DNA of 32,000 bases, taken from the NCBI RefSeq assembly GCF_000008665.1, contig NC_000917.1:1980001-2012000 (forward strand), given 5' to 3'. This document shows, piece by piece, positions 7,942-17,365 of the stretch (the stretch's first letter is position 1; each line of letters opens with the position of its first letter). Source of the stretch: Archaeoglobus fulgidus DSM 4304. Its GTDB lineage: Archaea > Halobacteriota > Archaeoglobi > Archaeoglobales > Archaeoglobaceae. The position numbers and the translations under genes were made by a program. The notes under the pieces are model-generated. The model ran no database searches. It was given only the letters and a program-made list of their open reading frames with translations, and was not told the DNA's origin.

Positions 7942-10533
7942 TCAAACCTCAACAAAAACAACGCTGTTAGCTGTTTCAAGCATCTCCACTTCTCTCCCCT
8001 CAATGCTTTTCTCCGTCACCGCCTCAAACCACTCAGCCTTAACCTCAACGCTCGCTCCATCGAGGTTAACCTGAATCGCCCCCTCCTTCAGCAACCTCTC
8101 CTTTTCTTCCTTGCTGAGTGAGCCGACAGCTTTGATTAGGGTCTTCGCCTTTTCCCTGAACATGGGGCCGATGATGGCAAACTTTGGTTTAAGCTCCTTA
8201 ACTCTCTCCCTAACCTCAGGCATCTCCGTAACAATCTCAACCTCAGAGTTTGTCGCCCCTGCAATGTCTCTTACATCAAGACCGTCAAGCTTGGAGTAGA
8301 CAATCAGCTTCTTGAGGGGGGCGTTTAAAGCCAGCCCCTTATCGTGCTTGAACTTTCTAACTGCAGCAACAATCTCCTTAATCTCCTCTCCAGCCTTCTC
8401 CGCTCTCTCATCCAGAAACTCCTCCTCAACGACTGGATAGCTCTGCAAGTGCACACTCCCCTCTCTGAAGTGGCTCCAGCACTCTTCCGCCATGAAAGGC
8501 GTGATTGGTGCAAGCAATCTCGTCAGAACATCGAGAGCGTAGCTAAGAACGAACTTGGCAGCCCTCTTCTCCTCTTCACTGCCTGAGTAAAGCCTGTTCT
8601 TCACAATCTCAAGGTAGTTGTCCGCATACTCATACCACGTGAACGTCCTTATCGCCTTGATTGCCTCGTCAAACCTGTACTCGTCCATGTGCTTCCTAAC
8701 CTCCCCAACAAGCCTGTTGAGCTTCGAGAGAATCCACCTGTCCGCATCTCTCAGCAGCTTCTTGTCCTCCTCAGATGGAGTGTAGTCGGAGATGTGCATC
8801 AGAGTAAAGCGGGTGATGCTCCAGAACTTCTGCTGGAATCTGCTGGCAGCAATGACATCCTTCCAGTTGAATATTATGTCATCCCCTATGACTCCACTCG
8901 CAGCCCACTGGCGGAGCGCATCCACTCCATACTTCTCAACAACCTCCTCAGGCACGATGACGTTTCCGAGGCTTTTGCTCATCTTCCTTCCATCTTCTCC
9001 GAAAACCATTCCGTTTATGACAATCTCATACCACGGAATCTGCCCTTCCAATGCTAAGGAGCGCAGAATGGTGTAGAAGGCCCACGTCCTGATGATGTCG
9101 TGTCCCTGAGGGCGGAGGTGGGTTGGATACTCTTTCAAGCTGGGCCATCCGCAAATCATCAGAGGTGTGATGCTGGAATCCATCCACGTGTCGAGAACGT
9201 CGGTCTCTCCCCTGAACTCTGTGGAGCCGCACTTCGGGCATGGCTCGGGAGGCTGAGTTGCCGTTGGGTCAACAGGAAGCCACTCCTCCTTGGCAACAAC
9301 CACCTCCCCGCAGTTCTTGCAGTACCATGCGGGAATGGGTGTGGCGAAAATCCTCTGCCTGCTTATAACCCAGTCCCACTCCATCGACTGAACCCAGCTT
9401 TCCAGCCTTGAGTACATGTGCTCTGGAACCCACTTAATCCTCTTCGCAGCCTCAAGAATCTTCTCCTTCTCCACCTTAACGAACCACTGCTCTGCTGGGA
9501 TAATCTCAACAGGTGTTTTGCACCTCCAGCATGTGCCGACATTGTGGTCAATCTCAACCTGCTTCAGCAGCTTCCCCTCCTTCTTGAGGTCTTCCAGAAT
9601 TGCCTCCCTCGCCTCAGGAATGGTCATGCCAGCATATCTCCCGGCCTTCTCATTCAGCCTTCCGTCTCTCCCAACAATGTTTCTCAGCTCAAGTTTGTGC
9701 TTCTTCCACCACTTGACATCCTGCCTGTCTCCGAAGGTGCAGATCATCACCACTCCCGTTCCGAACTCGGGGTCAACCTCCTCATCCGCTATAACCTCAA
9801 CCTCGTACGGAGTGGTGGGAACCCTAACCTTTTTGCCAATCAGATGCTTATTTCTCTCGTCATCTGGATGGACTGCGATGGCAACGCAGGCGGGAATAAG
9901 CTCTGGGCGAGTTGTGGCAATGATAACGTCATCATCGAACTTTATGTAGTTCAGCTTCGTCTTCCCCTGCCTGTACTCTATCTCTGCAAGAGCGATGGTG
10001 GTTTCGCAGCGGGGACAGAAAACGACGGGGTGATAATCCCTGTAAATCAGCCCCTTATTGTACATTCTGACGAAGGAGAGCTGCGTTTTTGAGTAGTATT
10101 CGGGATACATCGTGATGTACTCCTTGCTCCAGTCGATGCTGTAGCCCATCCTTCTCGCTGTCTCCCTCATCTTTGCAATGTTCTCCTCTGTAAACTCCAC
10201 GCAGAGCCTTCTGAACTCATCTCTTGGAATATCACCCTTCTTTATGCCATACTTCTCCTCCACCTTAACCTCGGTCGGAAGGCCATGGCAGTCCCAGCCC
10301 TGAGGGAACATGACTTCGTAGCCGTTCATTCTCTTGTATCTTGCAATAAAATCGATAATGCACCAGTTGAGGGCATGGCCGATGTGGAAGGAGCCTGTGG
10401 GGTATGGGGGAGGAGTGTCGATTATGTAGTGAGGCTTTTCGGAATTCCAGTCAAAGTAATACATCTCGTCCTTCCACAGCTTCAGCCACTTCTCCTCAAC
10501 CTCATGAGCGTCATAGTCCTTCCTGATTTCCAT
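7942..10533 (-). CDS. valS: Valyl-tRNA synthetase
   Basis: 863 aa; [17 protein letters not shown] (HIGH), [12 protein letters not shown] (KMSKS), [35 protein letters not shown]. Confidence 0.96.
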   Translation of the reverse strand: MEIRKDYDAHEVEEKWLKLWKDEMYYFDWNSEKPHYIIDTPPPYPTGSFHIGHALNWCIIDFIARYKRMNGYEVMFPQGWDCHGLPTEVKVEEKYGIKKGDIPRDEFRRLCVEFTEENIAKMRETARRMGYSIDWSKEYITMYPEYYSKTQLSFVRMYNKGLIYRDYHPVVFCPRCETTIALAEIEYRQGKTKLNYIKFDDDVIIATTRPELIPACVAIAVHPDDERNKHLIGKKVRVPTTPYEVEVIADEEVDPEFGTGVVMICTFGDRQDVKWWKKHKLELRNIVGRDGRLNEKAGRYAGMTIPEAREAILEDLKKEGKLLKQVEIDHNVGTCWRCKTPVEIIPAEQWFVKVEKEKILEAAKRIKWVPEHMYSRLESWVQSMEWDWVISRQRIFATPIPAWYCKNCGEVVVAKEEWLPVDPTATQPPEPCPKCGSTEFRGETDVLDTWMDSSITPLMICGWPSLKEYPTHLRPQGHDIIRTWAFYTILRSLALEGQIPWYEIVINGMVFGEDGRKMSKSLGNVIVPEEVVEKYGVDALRQWAASGVIGDDIIFNWKDVIAASRFQQKFWSITRFTLMHISDYTPSEEDKKLLRDADRWILSKLNRLVGEVRKHMDEYRFDEAIKAIRTFTWYEYADNYLEIVKNRLYSGSEEEKRAAKFVLSYALDVLTRLLAPITPFMAEECWSHFREGSVHLQSYPVVEEEFLDERAEKAGEEIKEIVAAVRKFKHDKGLALNAPLKKLIVYSKLDGLDVRDIAGATNSEVEIVTEMPEVRERVKELKPKFAIIGPMFREKAKTLIKAVGSLSKEEKERLLKEGAIQVNLDGASVEVKAEWFEAVTEKSIEGREVEMLETANSVVFVEV

Positions 10534-10571
10534 GTGTCCACCTCACAGAAACTTGAAATATAACTTTTTGC

Positions 10572-11324
10572 TCAGCACTCACATCGAATCTGTCTGTCAA
10601 TTTTCACGGCAGTGTTTCGAAGGATACCTATCTTTTCAATCTCAACTTCAACAACATCTCCATCTTTCAGCATCCCAACACCAGCGGGCGTGCCGGTTGC
10701 AATGACATCCCCGGCTTTGAGAGTCATCACTGAGGAAACGAAGGAAACGAGCTGGAAGACGTCGAATATCAGATTTGAGGTGTTTGATTTCTGCACCACC
10801 TTGCCATTAACTCTTGTCTGAATTCCCAGCTTCGAGGGGTCGTCAATTTCGGCGATGTAGGGGCCGAGAGGAGCGAAGGTGTCGAAGCTCTTCGCCCTCG
10901 TCCACTGCCCGTCCTTCGCCTGCAAATCCCTCGCTGTGACGTCATTGAAGCAGGTGTAGCCGAGAATGTAGTCCGCTGCATTAGTTTCGGGAACGTTTCT
11001 GCAATCCTCCGCTATCACAACCGCCAGCTCTCCCTCGTAATCAACTCTCTGCGAAATTTGGGGCAGGATTATGCAGTCATCGTGGCCGATAACAGCAGTT
11101 GAGGGCTTCATGAAGAGTATCGGCTCCTCAGGGACCGGCATATTGAGCTCCTCAGCGTGGTCGATGTAGTTCAAACCTACTGCGATGATTTTTGACGGAA
11201 CGACTGGAGGAAGGAACTTCACAGCCGTTAAGGGAACCTCATAACCGTCGAAGACAAGAAGCTCGCCATCAATCTCAAAACTTCCCTCGTAAATCCTTCC
11301 GTTGGCAACAAACCTTCCGAGCAT
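10572..11324 (-). CDS. Fumarylacetoacetate hydrolase-family protein
   Basis: 250 aa; KIIAVGLNYIDHAEELNMPVPEEPILFMKPSTAVIG, DYEGELAVVIAEDCRNV, GYTCFNDVTARDLQ, GDVIATGTPAGVG. Confidence 0.92.
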   Translation of the reverse strand: MLGRFVANGRIYEGSFEIDGELLVFDGYEVPLTAVKFLPPVVPSKIIAVGLNYIDHAEELNMPVPEEPILFMKPSTAVIGHDDCIILPQISQRVDYEGELAVVIAEDCRNVPETNAADYILGYTCFNDVTARDLQAKDGQWTRAKSFDTFAPLGPYIAEIDDPSKLGIQTRVNGKVVQKSNTSNLIFDVFQLVSFVSSVMTLKAGDVIATGTPAGVGMLKDGDVVEVEIEKIGILRNTAVKIDRQIRCEC

Positions 11325-11388
11325 GATATCACCTCAGGCGTAGAACTTCTGAGATAACTCTTAAAACCTTTGCCTTCTTACGCCACAC

Positions 11389-12447
11389 ATGCTCCTCGTA
11401 AAAACGCTGAGGGAGATGGAATACGTTGCTGCATCGCACATCAAAGATGCCATCGGTGATGTTGAAATTGAAATCAGGCCCTCAGGCTTCCTCGGCCTGC
11501 TCATCGTTCACTGCGATGAGAGCCTTAAAGAGAAGCTGGAGGAGATTCCCGAAATCGAGACCATAATCCCCGTCCTTGTGGAGTGCGAGGCAAAGCTCGA
11601 TGAAATTCTTTCTAAGGCGGAGGTGGTGGCTGAGAAGGTCAAGGGAGCGAGAACCTTTGCAATTAGGACGAAGAGAAGGGGAACTCATGACTTCACAAGC
11701 CTCGACGTTAACCTCGATTTGGGAGACAGGATAAGGGAGCTTACAGGCTGCGAGGTTGACCTCAATTTTCCGGATAAGGCAGTTTATGTTGAAATTATAG
11801 GTAAAAGGGCCTTTATCGGAGTAATTGACGGCAGCGAGGAGCGGAAAAAGTACACTCCAGAGAAGGTTGACTCGAGGAAGCTTTTTGGAAAAATCAGCTT
11901 CGTCCAGATGCCTTATCTTGAAGATACAAAGGCCGCTCTGGAAATAGGGGAGAGGATAGGAAGGGCTGCGCAGGCTTTCGAGATAAAGGAGCTCATAATC
12001 GCCCCTCACGACTACGTCAACGCCTTCGAGCTTGAGTACTTCATAAAGGGAGTTAGGAGGGGGCAGATTGCCCGATACAAAATTCAGGAGAGGGCTTATG
12101 CGAGAGAGGTGAGGAAGGTTCCCGTCTTCGTTAGGGACCTCTACCAGACCGCGAGGGACAAGAGGAGAAAGAGGAACGTTTTGATAATCACCGACCCTAC
12201 GGGAAGGCAGATTTCAGATGTGAAGGAGGAGCTTGTTAGAAGAATCAGGTTTGCTGACGAAGTTGTTATTTTCGCGGGAAGCAGAGTTGGCATTCCAAAG
12301 GGGCTTTTCAGGCTGGCGGATTTCGTAATTGACCTGGCCCCTTACATAACCTTTGCCACTGAGCAAACCATCCCAGTAACCCTATCAGCGTTGCTGACGG
12401 TTTACGAGGAAGATGAAGAGGCGAGAGGAGTAATCAAATCACTCTAA
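11389..12447 (+). CDS. THUMP-domain RNA-binding protein (COG1818-like, possible SPOUT-type C-terminus)
   Basis: 352 aa; THUMP-like SKAEVVAEKVKGARTFAIRTKRRGTHDFTSLDVNLDLGDRI...VDLNFPDKAVYVEIIGKRAFIGV. Confidence 0.7.
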   Translation: MLLVKTLREMEYVAASHIKDAIGDVEIEIRPSGFLGLLIVHCDESLKEKLEEIPEIETIIPVLVECEAKLDEILSKAEVVAEKVKGARTFAIRTKRRGTHDFTSLDVNLDLGDRIRELTGCEVDLNFPDKAVYVEIIGKRAFIGVIDGSEERKKYTPEKVDSRKLFGKISFVQMPYLEDTKAALEIGERIGRAAQAFEIKELIIAPHDYVNAFELEYFIKGVRRGQIARYKIQERAYAREVRKVPVFVRDLYQTARDKRRKRNVLIITDPTGRQISDVKEELVRRIRFADEVVIFAGSRVGIPKGLFRLADFVIDLAPYITFATEQTIPVTLSALLTVYEEDEEARGVIKSL

Positions 12448-13405
12448 AGTCCCTGAAATCCACAAAGAACTCGTTAACCCTAACCTCAGGGATGATTCCG
12501 TTCTCGAAGAGTGGGGCTATCATGTTTAGGCCAGCACTCACAACCAATCTGGCCCTGTTTGCCGCTGGAAGTCCAAAAATTCTGTCTGAGGGGTGCAGAA
12601 TTTTAATTACACCTCTAAGGCCTTTGCTTTCTGCAATTTCCAGCTCCCTTCTCGCTATGTCCATTGCATACCTGCTGAAGGACCTTATGGCGACTATAAT
12701 TTCCCCCCTTCCGGTTTTGCATGCAGAGTAAACGGATGTCAACCCTGCTTTCAGCAGCAAAAGTCCGGGGCTCAGAGTGGTTCCGAAGTAACTGATCAAT
12801 TCTGTTAGCCCCCTTGCCTCCATGTTTTCAACGCTCATCAACCCCGCGTACTCGGGAGTTGTGTTCACACCGGCGGTTTTCAATATGACATCGTAAATAG
12901 TGTTGGAGATAACCCCCAGCGCAAAGGAGTTTTTTGGAACCGTATAGCCTCCAAGTGACTCACCTTCTTCGGCGATAAAGATGCGGTTGGAAATGGATAT
13001 AGGTTGCGAAATGCACTCCTCAACGATCTCCATTGCCCTTTCAAAGAGCGATTTATCGATAAAGGCGAAATTTGTGGGTACGAGCCCGGAAAGAGTGTAG
13101 AGGTCAAAGTTCGAGAGATATACGTTGTACTCTATTCTCTCCGAGAACTCCCCCAGCCTTTCGAAAGCACTTTTTCTCTTGAGTTCCTTTTCGCCTTTTT
13201 CAGTAAGTTCGGTTTTTCCGTTGCTGTTTTTTCTAACCAGTCCCCTTTCTTCAAGCTTTTTCAGGTGGTATCTTATGGTCCTTGCTCTTATGTTGTATCC
13301 CCTTTTTCGCAGCTCTAACTCAATTTCTTTAGAGCTTAACGCCCCCGATTCCTCTAAGACGCTGAGAATTTCCTCTTCAACCATTAAAAGATTAACAGCC
13401 ATCAA
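12434..13405 (-). CDS. nrpR: NrpR-like transcriptional regulator (winged helix + DUF128 domain)
   Basis: N-terminal wHTH (ILSVLEESGALSSKEIELELRKRGYNIRARTIRYHLKKLEERGLV) followed by a single regulatory domain (GMVPTNFAF-like, ISYFGTTLSPGLLLLKAGLTSV). The likely true start is an internal Met (MVEEEIL...). Confidence 0.75.
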   Translation of the reverse strand: MMAVNLLMVEEEILSVLEESGALSSKEIELELRKRGYNIRARTIRYHLKKLEERGLVRKNSNGKTELTEKGEKELKRKSAFERLGEFSERIEYNVYLSNFDLYTLSGLVPTNFAFIDKSLFERAMEIVEECISQPISISNRIFIAEEGESLGGYTVPKNSFALGVISNTIYDVILKTAGVNTTPEYAGLMSVENMEARGLTELISYFGTTLSPGLLLLKAGLTSVYSACKTGRGEIIVAIRSFSRYAMDIARRELEIAESKGLRGVIKILHPSDRIFGLPAANRARLVVSAGLNMIAPLFENGIIPEVRVNEFFVDFRDFRVI

Positions 13406-13502
13406 AGTTTAAATCCATTTCTTTGCTCCGTATAAAAATCTGCTAAAAGTTTTGAACGTACGCCCCAAGCTGGACTGCACACAACTCACGGCCTATTTAA
13501 AG

Positions 13503-13575
13503 TGGGGCCGCCGAGATTTGAACTCGGGTCACCGGCGCCCCAGGCCGAGAGGCTACCAGGCTACCCCACGGCCCC
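13503..13575 (-). tRNA. tRNA-Pro, anticodon GGG
   Basis: Minus strand GGGGCCGTGGGGTAGCCTGGTAGCCTCTCGGCCTGGGGCGCCGGTGACCCGAGTTCAAATCTCGGCGGCCCCA. Acceptor GGGGCCG/CGGCCCC; anticodon stem TCGGC/GCCGG with loop C-T-GGG-G-C; TTCAAAT T-loop. No encoded CCA and no intron. Confidence 0.95.
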
Positions 13576-13596
13576 AGCAAAAATAACTCGAAGGAT

Positions 13597-13607
13597 GGTT
13601 TTTAAAG
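13597..13607 (-). promoter_or_regulatory. Archaeal box A (TATA) for tRNA-Pro
   Basis: CTTTAAAAACC on the minus strand, about 25 nt upstream of the mature tRNA 5' end. Confidence 0.5.
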
Positions 13608-13654
13608 GCTTTTGCTCTTTCAAAAAATTCTGAACCTTATGGGGCTAATTCCGT

Positions 13655-13665
13655 AAATTATATAT
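13655..13665 (+). promoter_or_regulatory. TATA box for dsrC
   Basis: CCGTAAATTATATATG about 45 nt upstream of the dsrC ATG, followed by a strong RBS (GGAGGTGA). Confidence 0.5.
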
Positions 13666-13703
13666 GCGTAGATGAAAAGGCACTCTAAGACGGAGGTGAC
13701 TTC

Positions 13704-14051
13704 ATGCCAGAGTTAGAGGTTAAAGGAAAGAAGCTCAGACTTGACGAGGACGGTTTTCTGCAGGATTGGGAAGAGTGGGACGAGGAGGTTGCAGAGGCTC
13801 TTGCGAAGGACACCCGCTTCAGCCCGCAGCCGATTGAGTTGACAGAGGAGCACTGGAAGATTATAAGATATCTGAGAGACTACTTTATAAAGTACGGTGT
13901 TGCTCCACCAGTCAGAATGCTTGTAAAGCACTGCAAGAAAGAGGTCAGGCCAGACTGCAACCTGCAGTACATCTACAAGCTCTTCCCGCAGGGACCTGCA
14001 AAGGACGCTTGTAGAATTGCTGGTCTTCCAAAGCCAACTGGCTGTGTCTAA
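13704..14051 (+). CDS. dsrC: DsrC/TusE-family sulfur carrier protein of dissimilatory sulfite reduction
   Basis: 115 aa; QPIELTEEHWKIIRYLRDYFIKYGVAPPVRMLVK and C-terminal CRIAGLPKPTGCV with the two redox cysteines separated by 10 residues (C-x10-C-V). Confidence 0.95.
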   Translation: MPELEVKGKKLRLDEDGFLQDWEEWDEEVAEALAKDTRFSPQPIELTEEHWKIIRYLRDYFIKYGVAPPVRMLVKHCKKEVRPDCNLQYIYKLFPQGPAKDACRIAGLPKPTGCV

Positions 14052-14053
14052 TC

Positions 14054-15430
14054 TTATTTTTTCTTCATTGCTTTTTTAACAAATCTTCTGGCGATGCTTT
14101 TATCCGAAAGAAAATGGACATGAATGTAGCATCCGAGCGTATTTTCCTTTAGTATTCCGTCCCTCCTGCCGTCAATTCCAAACCCTCGCTCCACCCTAAA
14201 TGCAAAATCAGCCTTTCCCGTAAGAGTGGGCCTTGAATAGTGAAACTCGTGACCGACTATTTTTTGGTTTCTCTTAGCTATTATGCACGGCTTCAACGTC
14301 CTGTAAACCGAATAGCCCTGCGCCTGAAACCTCTCGTACATTTTTGTCTTTAGCGGAAGGAAGCCAACCATTTCAAACTCCCCTTCTGAGGTTTCAAGAG
14401 ACTCTCCGAGATACATCAGCCCTCCGCATTCAGCATAAACGGGATTTCCAGACTGGCAGAAGTCGTAAATTTCGTTTCTAAGCTTTTCGTTTTTCTCAAG
14501 TCCCTCCGCAAATACCTCTGGGAATCCGCCCCCAATGTAAAGAGCGTCCACATCGGGAAGCCTTTTATCAGTAAGGGAGTTCACAAAGACGAGTTCAGCG
14601 TACTTTGACAGCTCATCTAAATTGTCCTGGTAATAGAACGAGAAAACCTGGTCCCTAATAACTCCAATTTTCACATATTTCTTTTCCTCATCTTCTTTTT
14701 CATCCTCAAAGACGGAGTCAAGCGGAGGTGCCTTTTCAGCTATTTCGAGAATTTTATCAACGTCAACGTGCTTCTCAACAATCTCCGCAATGTTGTCGAG
14801 CAGCTCGTCCATGTCCTCCCTCTCGTAAGCCGTAACAAGGCCGAGGTGGCGGTAAGGCATTTTCACCTTCTTTCTCGGCACCACTCCAAGAACCCTAACC
14901 CCTGCGAGCTTCTCGACCGCCGTCCTAACCTTTCCAGCATGCCTCTCGCTGCCGACTCTGTTCAAAATAACGCCCTTAAGCAACACATCCGGATCAAAGA
15001 GTTTATATCCGAGAATTATTGCAGCTGCAGTTCTGTTTAACCTCTCAACGTTGGCAACGAGTACAACAGGAGCTTTTAAAATCTTGCTCACCTCTGCAAC
15101 GCTTCCCTTTTCGCTTACGGCATCAGAGGAGTCGTAAAGTCCCGTTTTCCCCTCAATGATTGCGACATCCGCACCTCTGAAGTTTCTGATGAACGTTTCA
15201 AGGATTGCAGACCTGCTCAGCATGAAACTATCAAGATTTCGCGAGTATCTGCCAGTTGCAAGGTGGTGAAAGCCCGGGTCGATGAAGTCCGGTCCAACTT
15301 TGTAGGGTTGAACCTCGTAACCTCTGTTAACGAGCAGCCTCATTAGCCCGATGGAAATCATCGTTTTTCCAACCTTGCTGCTCGTTCCTGCTATTACGAC
15401 TCTTGGAATGTCCATTGGCAGAAGTTTCAC
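14054..15430 (-). CDS. cbiA: Cobyrinic acid a,c-diamide synthase family (CbiA/CfbB/DsrN-like)
   Basis: 458 aa; P-loop VVIAGTSSKVGKTMISIGLMRLL, VGPDFIDPGFHHLATGRYSRNLDSFML, GAT domain NPVYAECGGLMYLGE and GHEFHYSRP. Confidence 0.88.
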   Translation of the reverse strand: MKLLPMDIPRVVIAGTSSKVGKTMISIGLMRLLVNRGYEVQPYKVGPDFIDPGFHHLATGRYSRNLDSFMLSRSAILETFIRNFRGADVAIIEGKTGLYDSSDAVSEKGSVAEVSKILKAPVVLVANVERLNRTAAAIILGYKLFDPDVLLKGVILNRVGSERHAGKVRTAVEKLAGVRVLGVVPRKKVKMPYRHLGLVTAYEREDMDELLDNIAEIVEKHVDVDKILEIAEKAPPLDSVFEDEKEDEEKKYVKIGVIRDQVFSFYYQDNLDELSKYAELVFVNSLTDKRLPDVDALYIGGGFPEVFAEGLEKNEKLRNEIYDFCQSGNPVYAECGGLMYLGESLETSEGEFEMVGFLPLKTKMYERFQAQGYSVYRTLKPCIIAKRNQKIVGHEFHYSRPTLTGKADFAFRVERGFGIDGRRDGILKENTLGCYIHVHFLSDKSIARRFVKKAMKKK

Positions 15431-15488
15431 TTCGGTAATTTAGCTTTTACAGAAAACCTTAAATTAAGTTTTGAGGTTAAACCTTAGC

Positions 15489-15755
15489 ATGGACGAATTT
15501 GAGTACGCGATATTTGAAGAAGAGGATGAAGAGGTGGAGGGTGAGGACGACGTAAAGCTTGCAGAAATCTACAAGCTGGCGTCCAAGCTCCTCAAGTTGC
15601 TGGATGAAATAAAAAGCTTTGAATTGAAGGAGTCAGCTTCGCTCATGCTCATAAAGGAAATAGTGGGCGACGATAAGGTGCTCGTCGGACTCGCAACCAA
15701 AATGCTTCAGGACATGAGCTACGGTTTCGACGATGATGAGAGCTACGTTAGCTGA
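15489..15755 (+). CDS. Hypothetical small acidic protein
   Basis: ORF track 15471-15755 (94 aa). The internal Met (MDEFEYAIFEEED...) near 15489 is the more likely start. Highly acidic, helical. Confidence 0.5.
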   Translation: MDEFEYAIFEEEDEEVEGEDDVKLAEIYKLASKLLKLLDEIKSFELKESASLMLIKEIVGDDKVLVGLATKMLQDMSYGFDDDESYVS

Positions 15756-16753
15756 TTTTTAACAAACTTTGATTTTATCAGGCTGTAGTTTACAGATATC
15801 GCGCCGAAAAATATGTTTGTATGGTAGGTTATCAGCCTCCACAGTCCCACGAGGACGCCGAGCACGTTGGTTGGCACGAAGTTGGAGTAGAGGTACGCCA
15901 TGCTCACTTCCGCGATTCCGCTGCTTCCGGGAGTTAGAGGAACTAGGGAGACGATCACTATTATGAGCTGGGCAGTGTAGGAGTAGAGGAAGTAAGCGTC
16001 GTAGCCGAGAGCAACGAGGATTACCGAGGGGATTGCGAAGCTTGCACTCCACATAACAAGCGTTACAAGGTACAGTACGAGAATTCCAGAAGGGGAATCG
16101 GACAGCATCTTTATCGTAGCCTCTCTGAATCTCCTGAGCTCCCTTGAGAAGGTTGAGGAGTACTTCTCGGCCTTTTTTTCGTTGAACTTTCGAACAGCTT
16201 TGTAGAGAAGCTGGGCAAATTTGTCAATGCTGGATTCGTTTCTGAATATTCTGTAGAGAATGTAGAGAAAAACCAAAAGGAGGGTGATGAAGATAATGGC
16301 TATTTTAAATCCAAAACTTGTCGAGAATCCTGTTACAATCAAAAAAACCGGCAGGGCCGTCGAAAAGTACATGGAATCGAGGATTCTCTCAGCAAGAACG
16401 ATAAAGGCCGACGTGCCCACCTCCACACCCCTGTCTGAGAGCATTTTGACTCTTACCGGTTCCCCACCAGCGGAGGAGGGAGTTATGGATGCCGTGAACA
16501 TGCTCGCCATTGTTATCTCAAGGGAGTGGAAAAAGGAGATGCGGTAACCAAGATAGTTTGAAAGGAGCTTCATGCGAAGCGCCCAGAGAAGCCAGAAGGA
16601 CACCTGGAGAAGGAACGCCACAATCAGCAGAAGCCAGTTGGCTCTTTTTATGACACTCCAGGTTAGCTCCGATTCGGTGTACTTGAAGATAATTGCCGTT
16701 ACAGCGATGCTCACGAGAATTCCTATCACTGCAGCCCTGAGCGTCGAACTCAA
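15743..16753 (-). CDS. UPF0104/COG0392 (AglD/MprF-like flippase/synthase) multi-spanning membrane protein
   Basis: 336 aa with many hydrophobic segments; LEITMASMFTASITPSSAGGEPVRVKMLSDRG and LVPLTPGSSGIAEVSMAYLY are typical of the family. Confidence 0.85.
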   Translation of the reverse strand: MSSTLRAAVIGILVSIAVTAIIFKYTESELTWSVIKRANWLLLIVAFLLQVSFWLLWALRMKLLSNYLGYRISFFHSLEITMASMFTASITPSSAGGEPVRVKMLSDRGVEVGTSAFIVLAERILDSMYFSTALPVFLIVTGFSTSFGFKIAIIFITLLLVFLYILYRIFRNESSIDKFAQLLYKAVRKFNEKKAEKYSSTFSRELRRFREATIKMLSDSPSGILVLYLVTLVMWSASFAIPSVILVALGYDAYFLYSYTAQLIIVIVSLVPLTPGSSGIAEVSMAYLYSNFVPTNVLGVLVGLWRLITYHTNIFFGAISVNYSLIKSKFVKNQLT

Positions 16754-16891
16754 TTTTCCCCCCGGTGCTCAATACAATTAACGTATATAAACCATTTTCG
16801 TCCTTCTTTACTACTGTCCACTCGCCATCACTTGGATTTGATGTGGTACCCCGCTTGGCTGAGCGCAGTGCTCACGCACTTACTTCCCCCC

Positions 16892-17278
16892 TCAATCCCT
16901 ATCCTCCATAAAAACGTTCACAACCTTGACATTCCTCCCCAGTCTCCTTTCTATCTCCCCTATCAGCTCCTCATCCACGAAATCTCTAATCTCCTCCCTC
17001 TCTATGACGTTGAAGTGCGGCTCACAGTTAACCTCAACCCTCGTCTCCCCCTCAAGCGTGAAGAAGTCCAGCAAACCCAGTCCCCTGAAAATCAGCAGGT
17101 TGGAGTAAAGCGTTGAGAAGCTCATTGTGGGAAACTCCTTCACCACTTCCTCATAAACCTCCTTCAGAGTAGGGTGCCTGCCCCCAATTTTTTCTATTAC
17201 CTCAATAAGCTTCAGCCTCTGCGGAGTTAGCCTCAAACCGGCTTTTTTCATCTCCTCCATTGCCCTTTCCTTCCACAC
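16892..17278 (-). CDS. Fur/PerR-family transcriptional regulator
   Basis: 128 aa; GLRLTPQRLKLIEVIEKIGGRHPTLKEVYEEVVKEFPTMSFSTLYSNLLIFRGLGLL winged helix. Divergent from katG. Confidence 0.85.
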   Translation of the reverse strand: MWKERAMEEMKKAGLRLTPQRLKLIEVIEKIGGRHPTLKEVYEEVVKEFPTMSFSTLYSNLLIFRGLGLLDFFTLEGETRVEVNCEPHFNVIEREEIRDFVDEELIGEIERRLGRNVKVVNVFMEDRD

Positions 17279-17365
17279 ATCTTCAATTTCACATCTTAGT
17301 AAAAAACATTTTTCTTCTAGAAATAACTTCTAAATCGAAATTGTTTTAAAACATCAGCTTTAAGT

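Noticed and set aside
9416-10092. Plus-strand ORFs of 177 and 224 aa
   Set aside because: Antisense shadows of valS, with Leu/Ser-rich non-domain sequence.
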